DNA of 64,000 nucleotides. Source: Candidatus Sumerlaeia bacterium (GTDB lineage: Bacteria > Sumerlaeota > Sumerlaeia > SLMS01 > JANRJK01). This document shows, in pieces, positions 46,279 through 55,987 of this stretch. Both the position numbers and the translations under genes were made by a program. The notes under the pieces are model-generated. The model saw nothing but the letters and a program-made list of their open reading frames with translations, had not been told where the DNA came from and searched no databases. Positions within the stretch are counted from its first letter, which is position 1, and each line of letters begins with the position of its first letter. The DNA lies in NCBI GenBank assembly GCA_033764015.1, contig JANRJK010000021.1, positions 1 through 64,000 on the forward strand, in the 5' to 3' direction.

Positions 46279-47702
46279 CGACGCTCTCGCAGGCCACGCA
46301 GCACGCCCCCACCTGGAGCGGCGCCTTCCCGCGCAGCGCCCACCTGCTCGGCATCGGCGGCGTCGGGATGCAGGGGCTCGCGTTCGCGCTGCACACGCGC
46401 GGCTGCGCGGTCTCGGGCACCGACCCGTGCCCGCGCGGGAAGCTGGCGCACCTGCTCGAGCTCGGCATCAACGTCTTCGGTGAGCACCGGGCGCGCGACC
46501 TGTCGCACGCGGAGGTCGTGATCCGCTCCTCCGCGGTGCCGGACGACAACCCCGAGCTGCTCGCCGCGCAGGCGCAGGGCGTCCCGGTGGTGCACCGCGT
46601 CGAGGGGCTGGCGCTGCTGCTGCGCGACCGGGCGGGGCTGCTGGTGGCGGGCACGCACGGCAAGACGACCACGACGGCGATGGCCGGGTTCCTCGCGGAG
46701 GCGGCGGGGCTCGACCCGTGGGTCTTCGTGGGGGGCGACGTGGCGGAGTGGGGCGGCTACTGCCGGCGCGGCGGCGCGGACTCGGTCTGCGTCGCGGAGA
46801 CGGACGAGAGCGACGGCACCTTCCTGCGCGTGCCCGGCCAGTACGCCGTGGTGACGAACATCGAGGAGGAGCACCTCGCCTACTGGCGCGACGGCGACGC
46901 GCTGCGCGAGGGCTTCCGCAAGTTCATGGAGCGCATCGCGGGCGGGCGGCTGGTGGTCTGCGCGGACGACCCCGGCGTGCGCTCGCTGGAGCCGCACTGG
47001 CGCGGCGTCGCGCTGAGCTACGGCGCGGAGTCGGAGGACGCGGACTACCGGATCGAGTCGCTGGAGCACGGGGCGGAGGGCAGCGCGTTCCTGCTGCGGC
47101 TGCCGGACGGCTCGCGGACGCCGGTGCGCGTCGGGGTGCCGGGTCGGCACAACGCGCTGAACGCGGCCGGCGCGCTGGCGCTGGCGCACCGCGCGGGGAT
47201 GGATCCCGCGGCGGTGGCGGGGGCGCTGGCGCGCTTCCGGGGCGTGGGGCGGCGGTTCACGCGGCACGCGCTCGCGGGGGGCGTGCTGCTGGTGGACGAC
47301 TACGGGCACCACGTGAGCGAGATCGAGGCGACGGTGCGGACCGCGCGGCAGGTGGCGGACGCGCGGCGCGGGCGCCTGTTCGCGGTGGTGCAGCCGCACC
47401 GCTACTCGCGCGTGGAGCACACGATCGCGCGCTACGGCGAGGCGCTGGAGGGCGCGGAGCGCGTGTGGATCACGGACGTCTACGCGGCGGGCGAGGAGCC
47501 GATCCCCGGTTGCCGCGGCGGCGACGTGGCGGCGGTGTGCGCGGCCTCCGGGCGCGCGACGCGCTTCGTGCCGGACCCCGCGGAGGCGGTGGGCGAGGCG
47601 CTCGAGGGCGCGCGCGCCGGCGACGTGGTGCTCTGCCTCGGGGCGGGGTCGATCTCCGACGCGGCGCGGCGCGCGGCCGCGAAGGCGGGGGTGCTCGCAT
47701 GA
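46275..47702 (+). CDS. murC: UDP-MurNAc-L-Ala ligase
   Basis: GIGGVGM, SSAV, GTHGKTTTT, ETDESDGTF, GVGRRF, DDYGHH, QPHRYSR. Confidence 0.95.
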   Translation: MTTLSQATQHAPTWSGAFPRSAHLLGIGGVGMQGLAFALHTRGCAVSGTDPCPRGKLAHLLELGINVFGEHRARDLSHAEVVIRSSAVPDDNPELLAAQAQGVPVVHRVEGLALLLRDRAGLLVAGTHGKTTTTAMAGFLAEAAGLDPWVFVGGDVAEWGGYCRRGGADSVCVAETDESDGTFLRVPGQYAVVTNIEEEHLAYWRDGDALREGFRKFMERIAGGRLVVCADDPGVRSLEPHWRGVALSYGAESEDADYRIESLEHGAEGSAFLLRLPDGSRTPVRVGVPGRHNALNAAGALALAHRAGMDPAAVAGALARFRGVGRRFTRHALAGGVLLVDDYGHHVSEIEATVRTARQVADARRGRLFAVVQPHRYSRVEHTIARYGEALEGAERVWITDVYAAGEEPIPGCRGGDVAAVCAASGRATRFVPDPAEAVGEALEGARAGDVVLCLGAGSISDAARRAAAKAGVLA

Positions 47703-48652
47703 GGCTTGCGGCGGAGTTCCGCGAACTACTGGACCGCCCGATCCCGGGCGTCTCTTTCACGCCGTTCGCGGACGTGACGAAGAAGACGACGATGAAGACG
47801 CGCGCCCGCGCCGCGATGCTGGCGCACGCGGACTGCCCGCGCGGGCTGGCGGAGCTGCTGCGCCGCGCCCGCGCGATGGGGTGGCCGCTGCGGATGCTCG
47901 GGGGCGGCGCGAACACGCTTTTCGCCGCGGGCTTCTACGAAGGCGTGCTGGTGACGCTCGGGAACGCGTTCGCGCAGGTCGAGTACCTGGGCGGGACGAT
48001 GCTGCGCGCGGGCTCGGCCACGCCGATGCCGCGGCTGCTGAAGCTGGCGAACCAGCACGGCCTGATGGGCCTGGAGTTCCTGCACATGGTGCCGGGGCAG
48101 GTGGGCGGCGGGCTGGCGGGGAACGCGGGCGCGGGGGACTACGGGCTGTGCGAGTTCCTGGAGCGCTGCCTGTGCCTGACGCGCGACGGCCGGCTGCTGG
48201 AGGTCGGGCGCGGCGGGTTCGACTACGGCTACCGCTTCTCCGAGCTGTCGCAGGTGGTGGTGCTGGAGGCGGACTTCCGGCTGATGCCGCTGCACGCGCA
48301 GGAGGCGGAGCGGCGGAAGGCGGACTTCAAGGCGAAGAAGGCGGGCCAGCCGTACGACTGGCCCTCGTCCGGCTGCATCTTCAAGAACCCGCGCCCGGCG
48401 GGGGGCGGGAAGCCCGTCAGCGCCGGCAAGCTGATCGACGAGGCGGGCCTCAAGGGCTACCGGATCGGCGACGCGGCGGTGTCGGAGGGCCACGCGAACT
48501 TCATCATCAACCTGGGCGAGGCGACCGGCGAGGACTTCCTGGCGCTGATCACGCTGATCCAGGACGTGGTGCAGGAGAAGCACGGTGTGGAGCTGGAGGC
48601 GGAAGTGAAGATCCTGGGCGGCCCGCTGGAGCGGGCGGCGGCGGTCGCGTGA
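47699..48652 (+). CDS. murB: UDP-N-acetylenolpyruvoylglucosamine reductase
   Basis: LGGGAN, GLEF, PGQVGG..GNAGA, YRFS, SSGCIFKNP, HANF. ATGA overlap with murC. Confidence 0.93.
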   Translation: MRLAAEFRELLDRPIPGVSFTPFADVTKKTTMKTRARAAMLAHADCPRGLAELLRRARAMGWPLRMLGGGANTLFAAGFYEGVLVTLGNAFAQVEYLGGTMLRAGSATPMPRLLKLANQHGLMGLEFLHMVPGQVGGGLAGNAGAGDYGLCEFLERCLCLTRDGRLLEVGRGGFDYGYRFSELSQVVVLEADFRLMPLHAQEAERRKADFKAKKAGQPYDWPSSGCIFKNPRPAGGGKPVSAGKLIDEAGLKGYRIGDAAVSEGHANFIINLGEATGEDFLALITLIQDVVQEKHGVELEAEVKILGGPLERAAAVA

Positions 48653-49551
48653 AGCGCCGGCTGCGGACGACGGCGCGGGCCGCGGGGCGCTCCGTGGCGG
48701 ACGCGGCGCTGCGCGCCGGGCGCGGCGCCTCGTCGCTGCTGGCGCCGCGGAGGCTGCTGCGGCGCCTTGCGGCGGTCGGCGCGCTCGCCGGAGCGGCCGC
48801 CTTCGGCGCCGCCTTCTGGGACTTCCTCGCGCGGTCCGACTACTTCACCGTGCGCGAGGTGGACCTGCGCACTCCGCTGCGCGACGGCGCGCGGGCGCCG
48901 GTGGACGCCGCGGATTTCGACGGCGCGAACCTTTTCTCCGGACTCCGGGAGGTCGAGGATCGCCTCGCCGCGCGGCCCGACCTGGCGGGAGTCGAGGTGC
49001 GCCGCGTCTGGCCGGACCGCGTCGAGGTGGCGTGGGAGCCGCGCGCCACCGCGGCGCTGCTGGCGCATTCGGGCGGAGTGCTCGCGCTGTCGGACTCCGG
49101 CGCGGTGCTGCGCCCGGCCACCTCGGCGGAGGTGCGCGACCCGCGGCTGGTGCTGCTGACGGGCTGGGGCGCGGAGCCGCTGAAGCCCGGCGACCGGGTG
49201 GACGCGGAGGAGTGGCGCCGCGCGTTCGTGGCGATGCGCGCCTGGGACCACGGGCGTTCGGCGACGTCGCCGCAGCTTTCCGAGGTGCACCGCACGGCGC
49301 CGGGCGAGTTGGAGCTGGTGTTCGCGAACGAGTCGCGGGCGGCGCTCGGCGCCGGCGACCCGGCTCCGCTGCTGGCGGCCTACACGGCGGCGCTGGACGC
49401 GCTCGGTCCGCGGGCGCTGACGGGGCGCCGGCTCGAGCTGCTGAACGACGAGCACCTTTCGATCACGCCGCTGTTTCCCGAATCGCCGGCGCGGGCGGCC
49501 AAGCCGCGCGCGCCGGCCACCAACATCGTCCGCACGGAGGCCCGCCCGTGA
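48649..49551 (+). CDS. ftsQ: Cell division protein FtsQ/DivIB-like
   Basis: Basic N-terminus, one TM, YFTVREV, POTRA-like VEVRRVWPDRVEV. Position before ftsA. Confidence 0.75.
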   Translation: MKRRLRTTARAAGRSVADAALRAGRGASSLLAPRRLLRRLAAVGALAGAAAFGAAFWDFLARSDYFTVREVDLRTPLRDGARAPVDAADFDGANLFSGLREVEDRLAARPDLAGVEVRRVWPDRVEVAWEPRATAALLAHSGGVLALSDSGAVLRPATSAEVRDPRLVLLTGWGAEPLKPGDRVDAEEWRRAFVAMRAWDHGRSATSPQLSEVHRTAPGELELVFANESRAALGAGDPAPLLAAYTAALDALGPRALTGRRLELLNDEHLSITPLFPESPARAAKPRAPATNIVRTEARP

Positions 49552-50876
49552 GCGCCGTTTCCCCCAGCACCGCGTCCGGCGACCTGTTCGCCGGCATCGC
49601 CGCCGAGTCCCCCGCCTCGGCGCACGCGCCCGCGTGGCGCTCGCTCGGCCTGCCCTCCTCGCCGGAGATCTTCACCGGCGTGGACATCGGCACCACGAAG
49701 GTGTGCTGCGTGATCGGCGAGATCCGCCCCGACGGCACCGTGACGATCCTGGGCGTGGCGAGCACGCCGAGCCAGGGCCTGCGCCGCGGCGTGGTGATCA
49801 ACCTGGAGGAGACGATCGACTCGGTGCGGACTGCGATCCGCAAGGCGGAGGAGATCGCGCAGCACCGGGCGAAGGACGTGTTCGTGGGGATCGCCGGCGG
49901 CCACATACGCTGCCACCAGGTTTCGGCGAGCATCGACGTGTCGAACCCGGAGCGCGGCATCTCGAAGGCGGACATGCGCCGCGCCACGAACATGGCGGTT
50001 TCGGGCCACGCGACGGTCGAGCGCGAGGTGATCGAGACGATCCCGCAGCGCTACCTGACGGACGACGGCTGGGTGATGGACCCGGAGGGCTTCTCGAGCC
50101 GCAAGCTGGGGGTGGAGCTGCTGCTGGTGAGCGCGGCGGTGACGAGCGCGCAGAACATCGTGCGCTCCGTGAGCGAGGCGGGCTACCGCGCCAGCTCGAT
50201 CTACCTGGAGCCGCTCGCATCGTCGCTCGCGATCCTGTCGCGGCTGGAGAAGGAGCTGGGCGTCGTCGTGATCGACATCGGCGGCGGCACCAGCGACGTG
50301 GCGATCTGGGCGGACGACGCGGTGCGCTACATCGACGTGGTGCCGTTCGGCGGCGACGCGGTGACGGAGGACCTGGCGAAGGTGCTCAAGATCAGCCGCT
50401 ACGACGCGGAGAACCTGAAGAAGAAGCACGGCCACGCGGTGGCGTCGGAGCTGGACCCGGGCGAAACGATCGACGTGCCGGTGGTGCTGACCGGCGGGAC
50501 GCGGCAGGTGCCGCGGGTGCTGGTGGCGGAGATCATCGAATCGCGCATGGAGGAGATCCTGTCGCTGGCGCACCAGCGCATCTCGGGCCTCGCGCCGTAC
50601 AAGCAGGTGCGCGGCGGCGTGGTGCTGACGGGTGGCGCGTCGCTGCTGCCGGGGCTGACGAAGGTCGCCGGCCGCGTCTTCGGCCAGCCGTGCAAGATCG
50701 GCGTGCCCTCGGGCCTCGGCGGCCTGAGCAGCGTCGTCTCCAGCCCGATCTACTCGACCGGCGTGGGCCTGGTGCTGCACGGGCTCGAATCGCCGAAGGG
50801 GCGCTTCCTGCTCGACGAGGACCTGTTCCACCGGCTGATCCGGCGGTTCAAGGAAGTGGTCGCCTCGTTCCGCTGA
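49548..50876 (+). CDS. ftsA: Cell division protein FtsA
   Basis: GVDIGTTK, GLRRGVVINL, IDIGGGT, GVVLTGG, C-terminal amphipathic helix. Confidence 0.96.
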   Translation: MSAVSPSTASGDLFAGIAAESPASAHAPAWRSLGLPSSPEIFTGVDIGTTKVCCVIGEIRPDGTVTILGVASTPSQGLRRGVVINLEETIDSVRTAIRKAEEIAQHRAKDVFVGIAGGHIRCHQVSASIDVSNPERGISKADMRRATNMAVSGHATVEREVIETIPQRYLTDDGWVMDPEGFSSRKLGVELLLVSAAVTSAQNIVRSVSEAGYRASSIYLEPLASSLAILSRLEKELGVVVIDIGGGTSDVAIWADDAVRYIDVVPFGGDAVTEDLAKVLKISRYDAENLKKKHGHAVASELDPGETIDVPVVLTGGTRQVPRVLVAEIIESRMEEILSLAHQRISGLAPYKQVRGGVVLTGGASLLPGLTKVAGRVFGQPCKIGVPSGLGGLSSVVSSPIYSTGVGLVLHGLESPKGRFLLDEDLFHRLIRRFKEVVASFR

Positions 50877-50941
50877 GCCGGTCCGAATCGGAGTGACCCG
50901 GCGCGGGCGCGCGCGCTGACTGCACGCCGGAGGACGGCCCC

Positions 50942-52543
50942 ATGGACACCCCGAAGCGCCCCGCCATCTTCTTCCTGCTGCCGCTCGCGGTCCTGCTGTT
51001 CGCGCTGTTCCACCTTTCGGTGAACGACGTCGACGTGGACCTTTGGGGGCACACGCTGTTCGGCCAGCGGATGCTTTCGCTGGGCGAGGTGGAGCGCGCG
51101 GAGCCGTTCTCGTGGACCGCGCCGGGGCACCGCTGGATCAACCACGAGCTGGTGGCGGAGCTGCTGCTCGGCGCGGCGCACGTGGTGGCGGGCGGCACGG
51201 GGATCTGGCTGCTGAAGACGTCGATCGGCCTGCTGGTGTTCGGCCTCTGCGTGGGCTACGCGCTGGACGGCGAGCGCTGGCCCCGGAGCGCGGCGGTGTG
51301 GCTGGTGGCGGCGCTCGGGGTGGTCGAGCTGGCGTTCGGATTCGCGGCGCGGCCGCAGATCTTCACGGCGCTGGGGCTGGCGCTGCTGCTGTACATCCTG
51401 CGCGAGGGGCACCGGTCGCACCCGGCGTGGTTCCTGGCGCTGCCGCTGCTCCTGGCGGGCTGGATCAACACGCACGGCGGCGCGTTGGCGGGCGTCGCGC
51501 TGACCTGCGCCTGCGCCGCGGCGTCGCTGGCGGAGTCGCAGCTCCGCGCGCGGATGCGGCTGGACGGCGAGCCGCCGGTGCCGCTACGCACCGCGCTGTG
51601 GCTGGCGGCGGTGGTGCCGTTCTGCTTCGCGGCGCTCCTCCTCAACCCCTACGGCAAGGAACTGCCGCTCTGGCTTTGGGAGAGCGTCCGCTACGTGCGC
51701 CCGGAGATCGACGAGTGGAACCCGGTCCGCTTCAGCCTGGACCACCTGCCGTTCCTCTTCCTGGCGCCGGCGTCGCTGGCGTCGCTGTGGCTGGCGCGGC
51801 GCTCCGTGCGCTGGTACGAGGCGGCCTTCCTCGGCGCGCTGCTGGTGGTCTCGCTGCGCCACGCGCGGCATGTGCCGCTGTTCGCCGTGGCGGCGATCGC
51901 ACTGCTGCCGGGATGGTTCCTCGCGGCGGGAGCGGCGCTGGGCGACCGCTTCGCCGCGGTGCGCGAGGCGCTCTCGCAGCAGCGCATGCAGCGGCTCCTC
52001 GCGGGCATCCTCGCCGCGGTCGCGGTGGCGCTCGTGCCCTCGACGCTCTTCCTGCGCAAGGAGACCTTCCACTCGATGGAGGTGCCCCGGGAGCGGTGGC
52101 CGCTCGATGCGATCGCCTTCGCCCGCGACCACGGCCTGCAAGGCAACACGGTGACGTTCTTCGACTGGGGCGAGATCACGCTGTGGGAGCTGCCCCGGAA
52201 CCCGCCGTCGATCGACGGCCGCCTGGACACGTGCTACCCGCGCGCGGTGATCGAGGCGCACTGGGACTTCTACAACTGCCGGCCGTTCGACGCGGCGGCG
52301 CTGGACCTGGCGAAGGCGGACGTGGCGATGGTGCCGCAGGACCTCGCGTGCGTGCGCACGCTGCTCGGGCTGCCGGAGTGGACGCCGGTGTACCGCGACC
52401 GGCTGGCGGCGGTTTTCGTCCGCGACGCGGCGCGGTTCCCGTCGCTGGCGCAGTACGAGCGCCTGCCGGTGGAGCGGCTCGACCTGCCGCAGCCGGGCCG
52501 CGCGCCGTTCCCCCGCGAGCTGCCGGAGCTGTCGCGGTTCTGA
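50942..52543 (+). CDS. Polytopic membrane protein, probable GT-C-fold glycosyltransferase
   Basis: DVDLWGH...G...PFSWT...WINHE, RPQIF, WINTHGG, LNPYG, IDEW, IDGR. Confidence 0.65.
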   Translation: MDTPKRPAIFFLLPLAVLLFALFHLSVNDVDVDLWGHTLFGQRMLSLGEVERAEPFSWTAPGHRWINHELVAELLLGAAHVVAGGTGIWLLKTSIGLLVFGLCVGYALDGERWPRSAAVWLVAALGVVELAFGFAARPQIFTALGLALLLYILREGHRSHPAWFLALPLLLAGWINTHGGALAGVALTCACAAASLAESQLRARMRLDGEPPVPLRTALWLAAVVPFCFAALLLNPYGKELPLWLWESVRYVRPEIDEWNPVRFSLDHLPFLFLAPASLASLWLARRSVRWYEAAFLGALLVVSLRHARHVPLFAVAAIALLPGWFLAAGAALGDRFAAVREALSQQRMQRLLAGILAAVAVALVPSTLFLRKETFHSMEVPRERWPLDAIAFARDHGLQGNTVTFFDWGEITLWELPRNPPSIDGRLDTCYPRAVIEAHWDFYNCRPFDAAALDLAKADVAMVPQDLACVRTLLGLPEWTPVYRDRLAAVFVRDAARFPSLAQYERLPVERLDLPQPGRAPFPRELPELSRF

Positions 52544-52636
52544 GGATGGCCCAGCGCCCGATCATCCTTGCAGCCCACCGCGGCGCGGGGCGTTCCTAAG
52601 GGGAGCCGACACCCCGCCGCACCGGAGACGACGACC

Positions 52637-53530
52637 ATGCCCGAGCCCGCCATCAATCCCGGCAAACTCCGCCTCGCCTACGTCAACGACCTGACCACGC
52701 TCCCCGTCACGTACCAGATCTCCGCGAACCTGCGCAGCGCGGCGGTCGCGGAGGGCACCATGGCGGAGGTGCGCGGCATGATGCTGGACGGAGCCGCCGA
52801 CATCGCGTTCCTCCCGGCGGCGGACATCCTGATCAACCCGAACCTGATGCTGGTCACCTGCGGCGGCATCACGGTGAACGGCGCTTCGAACCTGATCCTG
52901 CTCGCGTCGAAAGTGCTGCCGAGCGAGGTGGGCCGAGTGCTCGTCGACTCGAACGACATGGGCGCGATCGGCCTCGCGCAGTACGTGCTCGCGTCGAAGC
53001 TCCGCATCCGCCCCGAGTTCTACCAGGCGGAGGCGCCGCTGAACCCGGCGCACTTCGACTTCAACGCGGACCCGCACGACGCGTACCTGCTGACGGGGCT
53101 CAACGCGGTGATCGTCCGGCGCCAGGCGTTCGCCTGGGCGAACGACCTCACGCAGGCGTGGCAGGAGATGACGGGCGCGCCGTTCGTGCTCTGGGGCTGG
53201 GCAGTGAACAAGGGGACGGCGATCGGCACGATCGACAAGGAGATCACCGAGCTTGTGCGGCGGAACAGCTTCGAGCTGCCCGCGATGGCGCGCCGCTACG
53301 CGGAGGAGCACAGCCTCCCCGCCGCCAGCGTCGAAGCGTTCCTGGCGCGCGTGCTCAAGACCGACCTCGGCACGAACGAAATCACGTCGATGCGGCGCTT
53401 CGGCAAGGAAATGCACCAGAGCGGCATCCTCGAGTACACCCCGCAACTGCCGCTGTACCAGACGACGACCACCGGCACCCGCGGCGGCGCCGGCAGCACG
53501 AAGCCGGGCGCAGGGACGAAGGGGAGGTAG
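52637..53530 (+). CDS. MqnA/MqnD-family protein (divergent chorismate dehydratase-like)
   Basis: LRLAYV...LP, DLTQAWQEMTGAPFVLWGW (family motif DL...W...TGLPFV.A.W). Several active-site motifs altered. Confidence 0.7.
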   Translation: MPEPAINPGKLRLAYVNDLTTLPVTYQISANLRSAAVAEGTMAEVRGMMLDGAADIAFLPAADILINPNLMLVTCGGITVNGASNLILLASKVLPSEVGRVLVDSNDMGAIGLAQYVLASKLRIRPEFYQAEAPLNPAHFDFNADPHDAYLLTGLNAVIVRRQAFAWANDLTQAWQEMTGAPFVLWGWAVNKGTAIGTIDKEITELVRRNSFELPAMARRYAEEHSLPAASVEAFLARVLKTDLGTNEITSMRRFGKEMHQSGILEYTPQLPLYQTTTTGTRGGAGSTKPGAGTKGR

Positions 53531-53581
53531 GGGGGGCCGGAGCTGGTTGGTCAATCCATGCAGCGGTAACGCATTCGCTTC

Positions 53582-54037
53582 ATGGCATGGGTAACACTCG
53601 AAGAGAGGAGTCAACAAGCCGTGGCCACCAAGCGTTCGATCAGCACAGAGGAGTTTATCGAGGCGCTCGGGCCATTCGACCTCGCGACGAAGCATCTGGG
53701 GATCACGCTCTGGCGCGTTTGCACCGAGAGGTTGGGCAGCGTCCCCTACGCGCAGCCGTCAGGCGGCCCCATCACGAAGGTGATCTTCGGCTCGGATGGG
53801 GGGACCGACCGCCCCTGGCTGGCGATCTCCTTCACGAGGACCAAGGGCATGTGGTTTGAGCTCGTGGGCGGCTCGTTGATATCCAGCGGCGAGTGGTACG
53901 ATCTGGAGTGCCCGCAGGGCGGGAAGAGCGGGGAGCGATGGATGCAGATCCGCGCGCACCGGACGCCGACGCCGGAGGAAGTCGCTGACATGGGGCGGAT
54001 GGTCGGTGATGCGTACGGGAAGTGGAAGCACCATTGA
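53582..54037 (+). CDS. Hypothetical protein, possible YjbR/DUF5655-like fold
   Basis: Codon usage less GC-biased than the neighbours. Alpha-beta-alpha pattern ending in a 'MGRMVGDAY' helix. Confidence 0.55.
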   Translation: MAWVTLEERSQQAVATKRSISTEEFIEALGPFDLATKHLGITLWRVCTERLGSVPYAQPSGGPITKVIFGSDGGTDRPWLAISFTRTKGMWFELVGGSLISSGEWYDLECPQGGKSGERWMQIRAHRTPTPEEVADMGRMVGDAYGKWKHH

Positions 54038-54049
54038 GGAGCGGTCTCG

Positions 54050-55054
54050 ATGATCTGGGCGCACTCGCAGAAGTACCATCCCTGGGCGTTCGACCGCGAA
54101 ACCGACTTGGAGGCCGCTATCGCGCAGGTGAAGGCAGACCTTTTCGGCGAGCAGCGGATCTATCTGGATGTGAAGAAGCTGATCGGGGAGCGCGGTAAGA
54201 CCCGGAACATCCCGGACGGCTACCTCCTCGACTTCTCCAGCCCCCGGCGACCGGTCCTATACCTAGTGGAGGTCGAGCTGGCGAAGCACGATCCCCTTCG
54301 CCACATCGCGCAGCAGCTCCTCGAGTTCTCGCTCTCGTTCAAGAGCACGCCGCAGAAGATGAAGGCGATCCTGCGGGAGACGATCCAGAAAAGCGCGGAG
54401 ACCTTTGCTGCATGCGAAGCCTACGCCCAGAGGAACAACTTCAACAATATCGACTATCTTCTGGAACGGATGATCTACGAGGACGGTGCCTTCAACACGC
54501 TCCTGATCATCGACGAACTAGACGAAGAGCTGGAGAGCATTGTCCGCAGCTCGTTGGCGTTCCCCGTGGAAACTCTGACGCTGGTGCGCTTCCGGTCCGG
54601 GGCGGAGGACGTGGCCTATCACTTCGAGCCGTTCCTCTACGATCTGAGCGGCCAGTTCTCGACAACGGCAGCCGACGGCGGGAACGAGGCGGCAGTCGAT
54701 CCCGCCGAGATCGACACGATCGTTGTCCCTGCGAGGAAGGAGGGCTTCGACGAGGTCTTCCTTGGCGAGAACATGTGGCGAGCCGTGCGGCTGCACTCCA
54801 GCATGGTTCCGAGAATCCGGTACTTGGCCATGTATCAGGTCGCCCCGGTTTCTGCCATCACGCACACCGCCCCGGTGGCCCGGATCGACCCATGGAAGGA
54901 CACGGGCAAGTACGCGCTGTACTTCAGCGAGCCTGCGACCGAGATCAAGCACCTTGGCCTCGTCCGCAACGGTCGCGTGAGCCCACCGCAGTCGCCCCGC
55001 TACACGTCGATGGCGAAGCTGAAGAAGGCGAATTCGTTGGACGAGGTCTTCTGA
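54050..55054 (+). CDS. Putative PD-(D/E)XK endonuclease (NucS/Mrr-like) with C-terminal PUA-like domain
   Basis: ETDLE...IPDGY...LVEVEL..H...QQL, linker, then DTIVVPARKEGF...W.AVR...YQVAPVSAITH...KY...PQSPRYT. SD GAGGAG. Confidence 0.7.
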   Translation: MIWAHSQKYHPWAFDRETDLEAAIAQVKADLFGEQRIYLDVKKLIGERGKTRNIPDGYLLDFSSPRRPVLYLVEVELAKHDPLRHIAQQLLEFSLSFKSTPQKMKAILRETIQKSAETFAACEAYAQRNNFNNIDYLLERMIYEDGAFNTLLIIDELDEELESIVRSSLAFPVETLTLVRFRSGAEDVAYHFEPFLYDLSGQFSTTAADGGNEAAVDPAEIDTIVVPARKEGFDEVFLGENMWRAVRLHSSMVPRIRYLAMYQVAPVSAITHTAPVARIDPWKDTGKYALYFSEPATEIKHLGLVRNGRVSPPQSPRYTSMAKLKKANSLDEVF

Positions 55055-55281
55055 ACGCCCGTGCGCAGAACCCCCGAGGGCGCATCCCACCGGCGCCGCG
55101 GCAGATCATCCCTGTTTGCTCCCCGTTTCATCCGCTAGCGGTCGGGCGGGGGTTCGCCGGCGCGCCGCGGCGCCTTGGCGGGACGCATTCCGCGGCGCCG
55201 TGTCCGGATTTCCTTGCCGCTGCGCGGCGATCCCGGGCGCCATGCGGGGTGGAAACCTATACCGCCCCCAGGAGGCGCACC

Positions 55282-55956
55282 GTGGCGACTTTCAGTGTGA
55301 TTGAAAAGCAGGGCCTGAAGATGATCCGGGCCGATATCCAGAACGAGGCGGTCCGCGCCGAGGCGGGCGCGCTGCACTACATGGTCGGCAACATCGAGCT
55401 GGAGACCAAGATGCCGTCCGCCGGCGGCTTCCTCAAGTCGCTCGTCACGCAGGAGACGGTCTTCAAGCCCACCTACACCGGCACCGGCACGATCTACTTC
55501 GGCCCGCCGATCTTCGGCGAGTACATGGTGCTCGAGTTGAAGAACGAGGCGTGGGTGCTGGACCGCGGCGCCTACGTCTGCTCCGACATGGGCGTGAACA
55601 TCGGCGCGTTCTCCAACAAGGCGATCGCCGGCCTGCTCAGCGGCGAGGGCATGTTCCAGACCAAGGTCGAGGGCACCGGCAAGGTGGTGGTGCAGGCCGC
55701 CGGGCCGATCGAGGCGCTCGACCTGCGCGGCGAGAAGCTCGTCGTCGACGGCAGCTTCGCCATCGCGCGCCAGGCGCACCTCGACTTCTCGATCCAGCGC
55801 GCGGCCAAGGGCGGCCTGCTCGGCTCCGCCGCCTCCGGCGAGGGCCTGGTCAGCGTCATCTCCGGCACCGGCCGTGTGTACATCTCGCCGGTCCCCGCGC
55901 TGCACAACAGCCTGCTCGAGCGCATGCACGCGATGATCCCGGTGCCGCACGGCTGA
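55282..55956 (+). CDS. AIM24/TRAP-like family protein
   Basis: VRAEAGAL, YTGTGTI, LLSGEGMFQTKVEGTG, LVVDG, SGEGLV...GTGRV. SD GGAGG. Confidence 0.88.
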   Translation: MATFSVIEKQGLKMIRADIQNEAVRAEAGALHYMVGNIELETKMPSAGGFLKSLVTQETVFKPTYTGTGTIYFGPPIFGEYMVLELKNEAWVLDRGAYVCSDMGVNIGAFSNKAIAGLLSGEGMFQTKVEGTGKVVVQAAGPIEALDLRGEKLVVDGSFAIARQAHLDFSIQRAAKGGLLGSAASGEGLVSVISGTGRVYISPVPALHNSLLERMHAMIPVPHG

Positions 55957-55987
55957 GCCGCGCCGCGCGCAACACCCGGAAACGGAA

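Noticed and set aside
53530..55100. att sites or IS ends around the nuclease islet
   Set aside because: No convincing flanking direct or inverted repeats, transposase or tRNA seen by eye.
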